Shown here one piece after another: positions 27,091-40,621 of a stretch of 64,000 nt of DNA (positions are counted from its first letter, which is position 1; each line of letters begins with the position of its first letter). Origin of the DNA: Octopus sinensis (Eukaryota); contig NC_042999.1 of the NCBI RefSeq assembly GCF_006345805.1, positions 59,210,001 through 59,274,000 of the forward strand, written 5' to 3'. The notes below the pieces were generated by a model. The model saw only the letters and a list, made by a program, of their open reading frames with translations, had not been told where the DNA came from and ran no database searches. Position numbers and translations under genes: made by a program.

Positions 27091-27656
27091 AAACATATAT
27101 ATATATATATATATACATAGATGTATATACATATTGATATGAATATATATACGTATATACATATATATACATACATATATGTATATATATGTATATATAC
27201 TCTTACATATATATGCATGTATATAGATTTATATCTTAACAATTTATTATTATATCTCATTGTATCTTCATATATATATATACAAACATATATATATATA
27301 TACATACATACACACATATACATGTTTATATATATATGCATATAAATTCATATACATATATAAATTTCAGCTACATATATATATATATGTGTCTGTGTAT
27401 GTATATATATATAAACATATACACACTTATATTTATGTATTTTTGTGCATATGTGTAAATTTATAGCTATATACATACATACATAAATATATTTATATAT
27501 ATGTACATGCATAACTATAAATTTATGTATATAAGTGTGTCTATATACTAACACACACACTCTCACAAATACATCGATGCGGGTACTTATGTAGGGATTT
27601 TTTGAATAAAATTTTATCCGTATATAAACAAAAATATACAGAATTATTCTACAATA

Positions 27657-27711
<55 letters not shown>

Positions 27712-28052
27712 TACTACTACTACTACTACAGGTACTGCTGATGATGACAAAGATGAAATTGAAGTTGATGCTGCTGCTACGGTTGCTACTACCGCCATTG
27801 CAGCTCTTGCTGCTGATGTTCATGATGTAAAAAGAAACAAAACTTCAACGAGAGGCGGTTAATTCTATAGCTGAAAATGACTACGTGGTTAGTGATCCGT
27901 GAAGATAACTTCATTACTTATCAAGGACGGAGGTCAGTTATCAATAAGTTGAGACAAAATATGATTGTAGTGAAGAGTTAATACGGCTTCCCACACTCTA
28001 CATACATATACACATACATGGAAACATACATATAACTACACAGACAGAAACT

Positions 28053-28095
<43 letters not shown>

Positions 28096-28134
28096 TATAA
28101 ACACATATATACACATATAATGTGTGTGTTGGTG

Positions 28135-28176
<42 letters not shown>

Positions 28177-28595
28177 ATATAATATATATATATATATATT
28201 ATATATATATACATATGTATACACACATCTTACATTTATAAGACCTCGTAGACATTGATAAAAATATAGCTAAAATTATCATCAGGTAAATAATTATCTG
28301 CGGGCATTTAAGTAGTTTTCATTGTATGCAATTATATCGACAGTCTTTGGTGTTTATATAAATATATGCACTTATGCATATATGCATACCAAACTTTGCA
28401 TGACTTTATGTTGGTGTAGGTCTATACTTGTGCTGTAATGTTTGGTGGCGGTGTTGGGTCTGTGGAGGTGATCGTTCTTATTATCTCCATGTTTGTTCAT
28501 CTGTGACTATGTAATTTCCTTAATCGTAACTTATAACTGTTTTGATTTTCGTGCGTGCATACATGTACATATATGTATGTACCTATATATATATA

Positions 28596-28672
<77 letters not shown>

Positions 28673-28830
28673 ATATATATATATACATATATATACATGT
28701 ATATGTGTTTGTTTGAGCGTGTTAAAATGTGTACATAGATACATATATGTATCTATGTATGCATTTATACACGTATGTATGTATGTATGCATGTTTTTAT
28801 GTCAGTATCTGTAAATGTGTTTGTATAAAT
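25505..28830. repeat. Large low-complexity block of (TA)n, (CA)n, (CATA)n and (TAC)n microsatellites with short unique spacers
   Basis: Directly visible; (TAC)n at about 27655-27730. Confidence 0.85.
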
Positions 28831-28944
28831 ACAAAGATACATTGAGAGAAATAAGACGAGGATAGATTTATAGAAAGATAATTTAGTCGACAGACAAATA
28901 CATATGTATGTGCTTGAGTGTTTGTGTCTGAGTGTAGGTTGATG

Positions 28945-29374
<430 letters not shown>

Positions 29375-30467
29375 GTGTACTTAATGCAGTTCCGTGTTAG
29401 AAGTCAGTTGAAACTGATAAATGTTTATTCATACGTCAGGTAAACAAGATTACACACCATCTGGAGTACGGTTTTGTTAAATCTGCGATCTGGTCGACTG
29501 TGCATATCAGCGGATTGAGAAGAAATGACTAATGATGGTTCACAATGCGTTCGTTGTGCTTTCAAGTAATCACAGGGTCTTTGATATCAATTCCTATTCA
29601 TCATGCATCAGAAGAGTATGTTTTGAAGTTAAGAAGAAAGAATTTAAGCATTTGTCCGCAGCTCATAATAAGTAATTTTCTTTTGTTTACGATTCATGTA
29701 GCGTAGCGAATGTTATGAAGTTTCTCTTTAAGACACAATGTTACGATTTATTCCTAACTGCTGATGCACTCTGTGTTACTGGCTATAGAAATGCGATGTT
29801 TTCTCCTTTATCTCTTAATTTTCAAATACATTTCGATTGTTCTGTGATGTTCCAGTCACTGGTGACAGAATGGGCAGTGTTTGATTGAGTATTCGATGGC
29901 TTCTCTATAGGTTCGTCATGTGTTATTAGCAGAGATATGAATATTGTAAAAGCGCCTAGAAGAAGAAGTCACGGTTTGAAGTATTCATATCTCTCGTTAA
30001 GATGTCAAATCGTTATTTTACAACATATGCAAGCTGGTTATTTTCTCTCTTTGATTGTTTACAATAATCAAGCTTTATGATTCTTAATGATATTGGACAT
30101 GTGTTGCATACAACTGCAGCTTACTGTACGTTGTGTTTGTTGAAAAGCTGATAATGATCGTGTCCATTTTGTAAATATTCTCTGCATGGAGAGCAAAAAT
30201 ATTTTATAAAATTTGTTTTTATCATGAATATCCTATGGTAAATATTTGCAAAATAAGCAGTTGGTAGATGTTATCGGTGAATATCATGATCCTGGTTATA
30301 AATTTCTTAAGGATATTTTCATAACTATACATACTAAACACTACTAACAAACGAACCTATAAATATTCGTTACATCTTATAGAAACAGCGAACAAATATT
30401 TGTATATATTTATTCATACACACAAACACACTACACATACAAACACTCACACAACTATACATAACAC

Positions 30468-31100
30468 ATTGGTTTCAAATTTTGGCACGAGGACAGTAAT
30501 TTCGGGGGCAGGGGAGGGATTAACCGATTATATCGATCGAATGTTCAACTTATACCTATTTTATCAACCCCGAAAGGATGAAAGGCGAAGTAGACTAAGC
30601 TAAATTTGAACTCAGAAAGTATATGGCTGACGTAATGCCGCTAAGCATTTTGCCCGGCTTGCTAACGTTTCTGCCAGCTCACTGCCATGCGTATGCATAA
30701 AATATTCTTTTCTACTCTAGATATAAAGCCCGAAACTTTTGGGGGAGTGTGCCGGTCCATTAGATCGACCCCAGTACTTAATCTATTGAACCCAAAAGGA
30801 ATTTGAACTCATACACTAAAGTCAGACAAAATACCGCTAAGCTTTTTGCCTTACGTGCTAATGTTTTTTTTTATTTCTTTACTACCCACAAGGGGTTAAA
30901 CACAAAAGGGACAAACAAGGACTGACAAACGGATTAAGTCGATTATATCGACCCCAGTGTGTAACTGGTACTTATTTAATCGACCCCGAAAGGATGAAAG
31001 GCAAAGTCGACCTCGGCGGAATTTGAACTCAGAACGTAGCGGCAGACGAAATACGCCTACGCATTTCGCCCGGCGTGCTAATGTTTCTGCCAGCTCTCCG
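30468..31100 (-). mobile_element. Three adjacent family B SINE copies
   Basis: Reverse-complement matches; 30870-31100 is near-consensus. Confidence 0.85.
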
Positions 31101-32463
31101 AATTAAATTGAAAGTGTCTTTGTTTTTCCTATTGTTTACGTATGATTAAAATCATCCACATAACATACCTTTATTAATAACTAATTGCCAGGAAGCATAA
31201 TTTTGACAGCTGCAATGAGCTGTCGCTCATTAAACATAGTACAGACCGTGGTACACGGCATCTCAGCTTATTAATATTTATATTGTGCACAAGACACTCT
31301 ATACGTGTGGAATTTACGCGTTAAATATTTATCTGTTAGTTAATATTTGCGTTGAAACCATGAAGACTTTTATTCTTCTCCACCAATGAGAATATTTTGT
31401 CGTGACTTCGTTCGTTAATCCTACTAATCGTATTTGCTTAGTGTCGGCCGAAAATTTCGGATTTTCCTTCAATGTGTAAAATGAGATGTAAATTTATATA
31501 CTCCTGATTTAGGTAAAAACTAGTGAGAATAGACATTTACTTACCTCTTGGAGGACGCAATGATAAATACGCCAGTCAACACAAAATCAAGAACCACTAT
31601 AACATAGGCACACATGAATGACGCTGTAAATTACCCTCTTGTGTAGCAGTGTCGAATCTATAGTTTTCAATACTTGATTTTTTCTGCTGTAATTTGTATT
31701 GCGTAGTTTTCTCCTGACACAATTTTCTTGTCTATTTTTGCAATGGGAGACCTATATTTATCACGTACAATTAAATACCTTGTGCTTTCTTTGCATTTTC
31801 AGTTTTGTCATTGTGTTGTTCGATTTCTTTATTTTTCGAGAGTTTCCTCGGCTTCTTCGTTTCTTTCTTTTTCTTTCCTTTCATTTTCGTATTCCTTCTC
31901 TCCTGAGTTTGGCTTCTATTTTTGCTGGTGTTTCCTCTTGCCGTCGTTTTACTGCACTTCTCACCAATTGACATCAACAATTGATTTTTTTTCTTGTATT
32001 AATATTCATTCTCTCTCTACAGTTAGATGTCAAACAGCCCCTGTATTCTAGGAGAAAAGTCTCCTTCCATCTGACGAAATGTTTAATATTGAACGTTTAA
32101 AACGCTGAGTTGCTGTACTCCTAAATTTAACTAGATTTACTCCGTGCACTACTTTCTGCCTTCTTTCATCGATGTGTTTTATGTAATTTAAATATGTAAC
32201 TTTCGAAATAGGAATAAGTGATATTTCCAAACCATTCAAATAACGAAAAGGCATAATCAGTCGTATACTATGGTAACAATAGACCAAAGAGTAAATGACA
32301 GAAACAGAAAATAAATTATTAGCAGCGTATTTCAATAATAAAAATAGTTAATGAGAAGAATAAATGTACAATTGTTCACCCCAACTCAGAGTATGTTTTT
32401 TTTTTATTTACCAATGACTAAATTACCCATAAGAGTGGGTAAACGCAACAAGACACACACCAG

Positions 32464-33635
32464 GCATTTCATTCATTTCCAGCTCAAAGATTCGAGCCTC
32501 GCCCTATGCTCGGGTCAAGGCATAGAAAGCAACTCCGCGACCAGCAGCGATCCCCGACAGCATATGCTGGTTTACTCCCACCGCATCATGCTGGTTTGCG
32601 TATCCCTTTGAGCAACATCAAATTCACTCATCCGTACGCAAACACTCTCCAAACTTTTCTATTATTTATAAGCCTTCTTACCTCTCTCACTCCAGCACGT
32701 AACAACCAAAGCTTTCTTCACTCCGTCCATCCACACAAACCTAGGTCTGCCTCTGGTTCTGTTGCCTACTACCTCTAACATCTATTCTCTCCATACGGCC
32801 AAACGACCTCAACATTCGTCCATCCATTCTCGTACATAGATTTTCTCTCACTCCTGCTCGTCTTCGCACCTCCTCATTCCTCATCCTGTCCATCCGTGCC
32901 ACACCAACCATAGTCCTCAAACATCTCATCTCAAACACATCTAGTCGCCTCCTTTCCGCCCCTTAAGACCCCACGTCTCTGCACCATATAGCATTATCGG
33001 CACAATCACGCCCTCATACACACTACTTTTCGCATTCACGCTCTACCTTTTATCTCTTAGCATACCTTTCACAACTCCAAACATCTCACATTCCTCCCTC
33101 ACTCTATATCCCGCATCCTCATTCAACTCCCCATCCGCCGTCACATGTGATCCCAGATACTTTATAACACTCACCTCCTCTACCTTCTCACCATTTATAC
33201 TCACATTCATCCTACCAACCATTCCATCTCTCGAACATCTTATCATCTTACTCTTAGCTACTTTCACTTTCAGTATCCTCCTCACACACTTTTCCAAACT
33301 TTACCACCAGTCTCCTCAGTTGTTCTCACCGAATCCGCCACTAGTGCTGTATCATCAGCAAACAACAACTGATTCCCCTGCCATATATCTCCATTTTCCC
33401 CCACCATTGGGCTTCCCCTACCAAAGTTTCTTGCATTCACCTCTCCACACACCATCCATATATAGATTAAAACAGCAGCGGAGATATCACACGACACTGT
33501 CTTAACCCCGACTTCACATCAAATCCCTCACTTACTTCACCACCCACCCAAACGCATGGCCTACTTTCTCTACAGAAACTCTGTACAGCTCTCAACAATC
33601 TGCCATCTACTCCATACAACCGCAACACCTGCATC
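32464..33635 (-). mobile_element. RTE-clade LINE 3' fragment (RT plus C-terminus, frameshifted)
   Basis: Minus-strand ORFs give VKSGLRQCRVISPLLF, QLLFADDTALVADS, KYLGS and FEMRCLRTMVGVARMDRMRNEEVRRR; (GAAT)n tail at about 32465. Confidence 0.85.
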
Positions 33636-33865
33636 ACTATCCACAAGGCAAATATTAAGAAAGAAAAATAAAATTTGCAAAAGTTATACATACGACCATA
33701 TAGATACACGCACACTGCACACGCACTCACGCACAAACAAATGAATAAACAGAATACATGTAAACGTACACACACGCATACATATATATGCATACATACA
33801 CACACGCATACATGCATACATACATACATACATACATATACTCATACATACATACATGTATGCAT

Positions 33866-33903
<38 letters not shown>

Positions 33904-34051
33904 CTAAAACAGGTAAGATAAAAAAAGAAAGAAAGAGACCTCAATATTATGTAAATAGAGGAAATTTATCTGTAAAATAATATGTGTCAATTATTCAATA
34001 GTCAAGATAAAACTCTGAGTTTTATTATTTTATTATTTTACAGATAATATA

Positions 34052-34102
<51 letters not shown>

Positions 34103-34164
34103 TATATATATTATATATATATATATATATATACTTAAATATATATGTATATAATTATATATAT

Positions 34165-34395
34165 AACAATAATAAATCTCTGAACGAGATATAAACAATA
34201 ACCGCTCGACAACGTAAGGTGTATTGGCCATCTGAATGTGGCTAGCCACTGGGTGGGGTGTTACTGATGTTTTAGCCCCAGGGGATCAACGTCGTCTAAA
34301 GTCCTTCTGGTGACGTTGATCGCCTGGGGCTAAAAGCATCAGTAACCCCCCCCCCAGTGGCTAGCCACATTCAGATGGCTAATACACCTTATGTT
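34165..34395. mobile_element. Fold-back element in (TA)n, homologous to the 39795-40316 ribozyme element
   Basis: Inverted arms 34211-34293 / 34312-34395 with several mismatches; shares CCTGGGGCTA, TAGCCA(C/T)ATTCA(G/A)ATGGC and TGTTTATA.CTCG.TC.GAGATTTAT with 39850-39964. Confidence 0.8.
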
Positions 34396-34419
34396 ATATA
34401 TATATATACATATATGAAT

Positions 34420-34491
<72 letters not shown>

Positions 34492-34500
34492 ACATGTATA

Positions 34501-35387
34501 TAGTGGTTTGATCAGTAGGCATCTAGAATGTTGCCATAGTAACGAAGCTAAAACAAGCATAGTAAAGCTTCTTGGTACAGATTGGTTTCGATCCCTGTTG
34601 TGCCTGCCTACTAAATTTTAACGTTGTAGCTCACTTCCACTGTCTATAGGTTTGCTTGGAAGGAAGGCGTGTAGCGTGTGATCGTTGCATTGAACAATAC
34701 AGAGAAATTTGAGCACAGAATCTGTATCAAGTTTTGCTAAAATCTTGGCGATGCCTGCTCAGAAGCCAACGCAAAGTTTTCAGTGTTTTCATCGTTCTCG
34801 ATACAATCCAGGAGATCTTGCGCAACTGAAACCCGAGTGTTATTTTGGTCAGCTGAAAGCAGTTTTGGCACAAACTTGGCAGACACGCGTTTCATATCCA
34901 AATCTTCAGTGATTATAGAATGAACTGAACCGTAACTAATCTGCACATCATCTGATAATACACGGATGGTGATTCGACGATTTCTCCTTACAGCTATACG
35001 CACATCTGCGATGTTTTTCTCAGTTCCGTTGGTTGCGGTTCTTCTAGAATATTCGTTAATATCGACATTTTTTCAGCCATCTTAGATATATCTGAACCAC
35101 TCGTACACTTGTGTGTGGATTATACAATCCGTACACTTGCTGCAACTTTGTGCCGGCATCTGATCAGGTATGGCCATGACAAATTTCTCTTACATGGTCA
35201 AGGTGACGATCACACGCTGCACACATTCCTTCCAAGCACTGCAGGAAATAGCGGAAGTGAGCTAGGACGTTAAAAATTAATGCACATGCACAGCAGAGAT
35301 CAAGCTCAGTCTTTGCCAAGTGGCATTACTCTGCGTGCTTTAACTTCGTTACTATGGCAACATAAGGATACTTGTTGATCAGGCCCC

Positions 35388-35388
<1 letters not shown>
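34501..35388. mobile_element. Mariner derivative built from two inverted 5' ends
   Basis: 34501-34780 and 35160-35388 are inverted homologues (TGTTGCCATAGTAACGAAG, AGCTCACTTCC, CGTGTGATCGT); the minus-strand ORF 34737-35003 gives the mariner segment RRITIR...ISYGSVHSIITEDLDMKRVSAKFVPKLL. Confidence 0.8.
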
Positions 35389-35432
<44 letters not shown>

Positions 35433-35484
35433 ATATGTATATATACACATATATATATATATACATACACATATAAATAAATAA

Positions 35485-35525
<41 letters not shown>

Positions 35526-35549
35526 CACATATAAATAAATAAATATATA

Positions 35550-35606
<57 letters not shown>

Positions 35607-35612
35607 ATATAT

Positions 35613-36086
35613 ATGGGTTGGACAAAATAATGGAAAAACCTTAAAATTACAAACAAATTTATTTTAAGATGGAGTAGGACCGACTTTGGCAGTAATTACA
35701 GCTTGGATTCTACTAGGTATGGACTCACACAAAGTTTGAATTGTTTCCAAAGGAAATTTTGTCCACAACTTCTTGTTGTGATGATGGTGAAGGATATCGA
35801 CTCCTTACTTGTCTTTCTAAAATGCACCATAAATGTTCAATAATATTGAGATCTGGGGACTATGGTGGCCAGATAAGATGTTCAACTTCATTAGAATGTT
35901 CCTCATGCCATCCAGTAACAATTTAGCCGTGAGAATTGGTGCATCATCATCCTGAAAGATTGTGTTTCCCCCGGAAACAGTTCAGCAACCATACGATGAA
36001 TTTGATCAGCTTTTGACAGTTTTATAGATATTTCACACTTATGATGATATGATGTTAGTTGTGTCCATTATTTTGTTCAACCCTTG
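35613..36086 (-). mobile_element. Internally deleted Tc1 element
   Basis: TIRs GGGTTGGACAAAATAATGGA / TCCATTATTTTGTTCAACCC; minus strand encodes FQDDDAP and HLIWPP*SPDLNIIEHLW. Confidence 0.85.
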
Positions 36087-36099
36087 TATATATAGTAGT

Positions 36100-36770
36100 A
36101 ATAGTTATTCGTCGGTCTCGAAGGGCCGTGGATCTGCACCCAAAGAAATCATTTCATCTGCTGATGGTGGTACAGCATTAGTTGTGCTTGCACAGGTCCA
36201 CAAGGGGAGTAGCATTCACACATACAGCGATTGCATCTGGAGGAGTTTTCTGCCAGTGCTACTGATTTTTCCTTATGTTGAGTGCGCTTTTCATTGGTGC
36301 CAAGTTCCTGTTTTTCTTCCGCCTTCTTCATTCGTTTTCGCAGTATTTGCCTCTAGTGTGGACGATCATTTGCAACCTCCCCCCTCTCAGGACGTCCAGA
36401 TCAAGCGACGTCACATTCCCCTTACGGACGTCTTTGAAACGAAGATGATTTGGTCCTTATGCCGGTAGCCAATTCTCCATACAGGATATCTTTTCGGATC
36501 CTTCTGTCTGGCATGCGATGAATATGACCGAGCCATTGCAAACGATGCGGCTACCAGACGTGTATACTGGCTATCTTGGCTTTGTTGAGGACTTCCTGTT
36601 AGTGATGTAGTCGTTCTACATGATGACCAAGATACGTTTCAAATGACGAAGGTGAAAGACGTAGAGACGCCGCTCCGGTCTAGAGTAGAGACCCCACGTC
36701 TCTCTCTGTCGTAAAGTACCGTACAAAGGAGAGGCATTATTGACAACAATTTTGATGTTTGCAGCCAGTT
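36100..36770 (-). mobile_element. RTE-clade LINE 3' fragment
   Basis: Minus strand encodes LYGT..TW..Y....RRLYVFHLRHLKRIL and WLGHIHRMPDRRIRKDILYGELATG. Confidence 0.8.
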
Positions 36771-37233
36771 TTCTTTCTTTTTTTTGTTTTCTTAAACTCA
36801 CTTTGTGAGCCTGGTACATATCATTTATATTATATATATAAATACAGACTTTATTTATATTATATATATATATACATACACACACACACACGCATATATC
36901 TATGTATATTTACACACAAACACATATATATTTAAGTATGTAGTATTATATACACAGTGACCTAGTTATGTTTACTGATTGATCTACCAAGATAAAAAAA
37001 AATAGAAGAATCAAATAACGAAAAAGTTTCCTATTTCCAAAAATGTTATTCCTGGGAGAGAAGAATTAGAACGAAAAGGAACAAAACAAAATAATATTTT
37101 CCATAGAGAAAAATCTCCTGCTGATTTACAAGATTTTAAGATTTTGTTTCATATACGACGAAATATTCATGGTTAGACAAGCAGCTCACGGTTCAATAAG
37201 ACAACAAATATCACAAAATGATGACGATCACAA

Positions 37234-37234
37234 C

Positions 37235-37306
<72 letters not shown>

Positions 37307-37340
37307 TGTTGTTGTAGTGGTGGTGGTGGTGGCAGTAGTA
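37234..37340. repeat. (TAG)n/(TGG)n trinucleotide microsatellite
   Basis: Directly visible. Confidence 0.95.
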
Positions 37341-37626
37341 AGTTGTCGCAAGAATGATGGTTTTGATGACTATTCTGGAAAGAATTTTTATTTACTTCAG
37401 GTAAAAAAAAAAAATTCTTACATTTTTGCAAAGAATTTAATCTAACAATAGAACTTCATTAAGAATGTTTCAATAGCTTCAGCAAAGGAATTTAAGTATG
37501 CTTCTAAGCATATGTGTACATATATAGATTTAGATACATACACACACAATCATACATATATACGTACATATAAGTTACTCTTACAAAGTGAATATATATA
37601 TATATATATACACATATATTTATGTG

Positions 37627-37660
<34 letters not shown>

Positions 37661-37808
37661 ATATGCGTGTCTATATATATATATATAATGAGTGTATATG
37701 TAGGCTTATATTAATTAGGTGTGTATTCATGTCTGTATATATATATATATCTGTATATATATATGTATATATACAATCATACATACATACACACACATAT
37801 ATGGATGC

Positions 37809-37839
<31 letters not shown>

Positions 37840-37942
37840 ATATATATTATGTAATTTTGCATGCAGGTATATATACAAATTCATATAAACGTTTGCTTTA
37901 TATATATATGTATATATGTATATATGTGTATGTATATATATG

Positions 37943-38006
<64 letters not shown>

Positions 38007-38757
38007 TACACATGTGTGTGTGTGTGTGTGTGTGTATAACTTGTGCGCCACCCTTTTCACATCTGCCTGCTTACATTAGCTAAAATGTTCATGACAAAGT
38101 CAGCAATTAACAATAGCTCTCGAAGTGTAAGATCTTTTGCAAATATTTCACTTTACTCAAATACAATACACTATATTTAAAAAGAAACAATCAGAAAATC
38201 GCGCGTAGAAAACTATGGCGAAAACATAAAAATCTATATCGGGTTTTGTTCCTAAACACGAAATAATACTTGTTGTAACACAATACAGACTCAGAACTCG
38301 TGATTTTGTCGTGTTTCTGTTTAGCAGTCGGGAGTATAAAATCTTTAAGCGAAATATACTGAAGTGTTATAAAGGATTTACTATTTTAAAATAATGATGC
38401 TTCGACATTTTAGCTTAACATTTCATTTTAAACCATTGTTTTATACATTGATCGTGTGAATAAGGGGCCTTCTTCGAGGTCGTTTGATCTACTGGAACTA
38501 ACCAACAAAATCACTTTCAAATGACAGTATGTCACGTGTTTCTTTATATTTTGTTTTCTTTAAAAGAGTGTATTGATTAAGTCTGAGAAAAACTGTCTCA
38601 AAAGACAGGATGGAGACATTAAGACAACTTTAAACGCAGCTCTGTTTGGCTGGGGCTGGCCTCAGGATACACATTACACAAACCACTACAAACGGTGGAG
38701 AATATAATATTCTTTCCAGAGACACATGCACGTACGCCTGTGTACTCGTGGATGCAG

Positions 38758-38796
<39 letters not shown>

Positions 38797-38800
<4 letters not shown>

Positions 38801-39785
38801 CATGCTGGAAGTCAATATATACCTTTAGTTTTCAAAAGATCTGATCTAAGCATCTTAATACATTTTCAGCAATGTAGAATTTACAATGCAATTATTCTTT
38901 TTTCATTCCAGTTACCATTATATTAAACATGTGCGAAGATTAACAATGCCACGCACAAAATATTCAGCAGTACTGGCAGATTTTCAAGGAGGTCGTATTG
39001 TTGGGCAATCTGAGGCTGGTCTTAGTCAGCGAAAATTTGCTGAAAATCTTCAAATTCCTCTTGCTGCTATGAATAGAAGAATGATAGTGCATTTCGGAAG
39101 CCAAGGAAAAGGATCGATCCACAGATTCCCGTCCCTGCCGTCACAGGCCCTCAAAAAGGAAGCTTCACTGTTTGAAGAGAATTGTGGAAACGAATCACGT
39201 TCGAAGGCTTCTGGCATTGCAAAATAGCTAGAAGTTAATCCAAGAACCTCTGTTACAAAACTGCATAAGCTTGGGTATTATGGACGAGCAGCTGGAAGGA
39301 AACCTTTCCTTCAACTAATTAATAGCATGAAAAGAAAGAACTGGGTAAAGGAGATGTCAGAAAAATTCAGTTAATTTTGGGATAGATTTATTTTCTCAGA
39401 TGAAACGAGATTTGCATTATTTTTCAGACAGTTGACGTGTTTGGGTCTGGAAGCTTCCCAATCAAGAATTTGATTTGAAATGACTACAACCAACTATGAA
39501 ATATGGCGGTATCTCTGTAATGGTATGGGGAGCTGTCACCAACAATGGTCGTTCTGAGCTGATCGAATGTCTTGGAACCATAAACTTAAGCAAAAACTAC
39601 TTGTGATATATTCACACGATAACATAACCAAAATGGGTTTTTATTCATGGAAGATGGGGCTCCATGACACACAGCGAAAAGGAATCAATAATGGCTGAGT
39701 GTAAATGGGGTCAAAAAGCTTCCTTGGCCGAGCCAATCTCCTGACATGAACCCAATTGAAACTCTTTGGAGCATACTAGTAACAC
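38797..39785 (+). mobile_element. Tc1 (DD34E) transposon, 5' part
   Basis: TA|CAGACATGCTGGAAGTCAATATATACCTTTA TIR; HTH-like ORF 38886-39227; motifs IFSDETRF, VMVWG, FMEDGAP and [20 protein letters not shown]. Confidence 0.9.
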
Positions 39786-39794
39786 ATAGTGACG

Positions 39795-40313
39795 CAAATA
39801 CTGAGAGGACACAGATAGTGTGTCTATAGCCAGCCGGGGGAGATATCTTCCTGGGGCTACAAACTACAGTAGCATCCACCCTTATGGGTTAGCCATATTC
39901 AAATGGCAAATATTCGCCACGATGTTACCGCTACTGTTTATAACTCGCTCTGAGATTTATCATTGTTTGATTTCACTTTTTCAATATCAGTGTCAATGGA
40001 CACTGGAAAAAGTATATGTATTTGTGAAGGGATCTGACTTCTCGTCGACAACCATGTTTGTCACACGCTGATGAAAGGTAAACACCTTGAAACTCGGGTA
40101 CGTGTGTATCATGTGTTGAAGACGGGGAGGATGACTCCCCTTCACAAATACTGAGAGGGCACAGATAGTGTGTCTATAGCCAGCTGGAGGAGATATCTTC
40201 CTGGGGCTACAAACTACAGTAGCATCCACCCTTATGGGTTAGCCATATTCAAATGGCAAATATACGTCACGATGTGTTACCGCTACTGTTTATAACTCGC
40301 TCTGAGATTTATC

Positions 40314-40316
<3 letters not shown>
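39795..40316 (+). mobile_element. Retrozyme-like / Penelope pLTR-like element, 1.5 copies of a ~350-nt unit
   Basis: Direct repeats 39795-39964 and 40145-40316 flank a canonical hammerhead; ends in (TA)n; no meaningful ORF. Confidence 0.8.
40062..40106 (+). ncRNA. Type I hammerhead ribozyme (minimal)
   Basis: CACACG-CTGATGA-AAGGT(AAAC)ACCTT-GAAA-CTCGGG-TA-CGTGTG: perfect 6-bp stem I, 5-bp stem II, complete core; predicted cleavage after GUA at 40100. Confidence 0.9.
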
Positions 40317-40348
<32 letters not shown>

Positions 40349-40370
40349 TATATATATATATATATATATA

Positions 40371-40621
40371 AGGCGAATCGACGAACCGTTTCTGGATTAG
40401 AGCCGAAGGCTCATTTCCTTGTCAATATAATATTTCCTATAAATAGCGATCAATTTGGCTGCTATTTCTAATATTTTCGGTATGTGGTTTTGAGCAACTT
40501 GTTGCAATTACCCTTTATTATAATTAATTTAATCTTACCAAATATGGTCTTTTCCATACCGATAATCTACTAGGTGAAATTTATTAATTTTATTAAATTA
40601 ATTACATTTCATCCTTTTTTG
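40371..40621 (-). mobile_element. (TA)n-embedded element fragment with a decayed hammerhead-like motif; related to 55096-55200
   Basis: Minus strand TTGACAA-GGA..GAGC(CTTCG)GCTC..TCCA-GAAA-CGGTTCG-TC; 40530-40620 is an inverted homologue of 55100-55185. Confidence 0.5.

Noticed and set aside
37169-37445. Poly-Ser/Val/Leu ORFs (and poly-His/Met ORFs at 43795-44131)
   Set aside because: Trinucleotide microsatellites with no splice or coding context.
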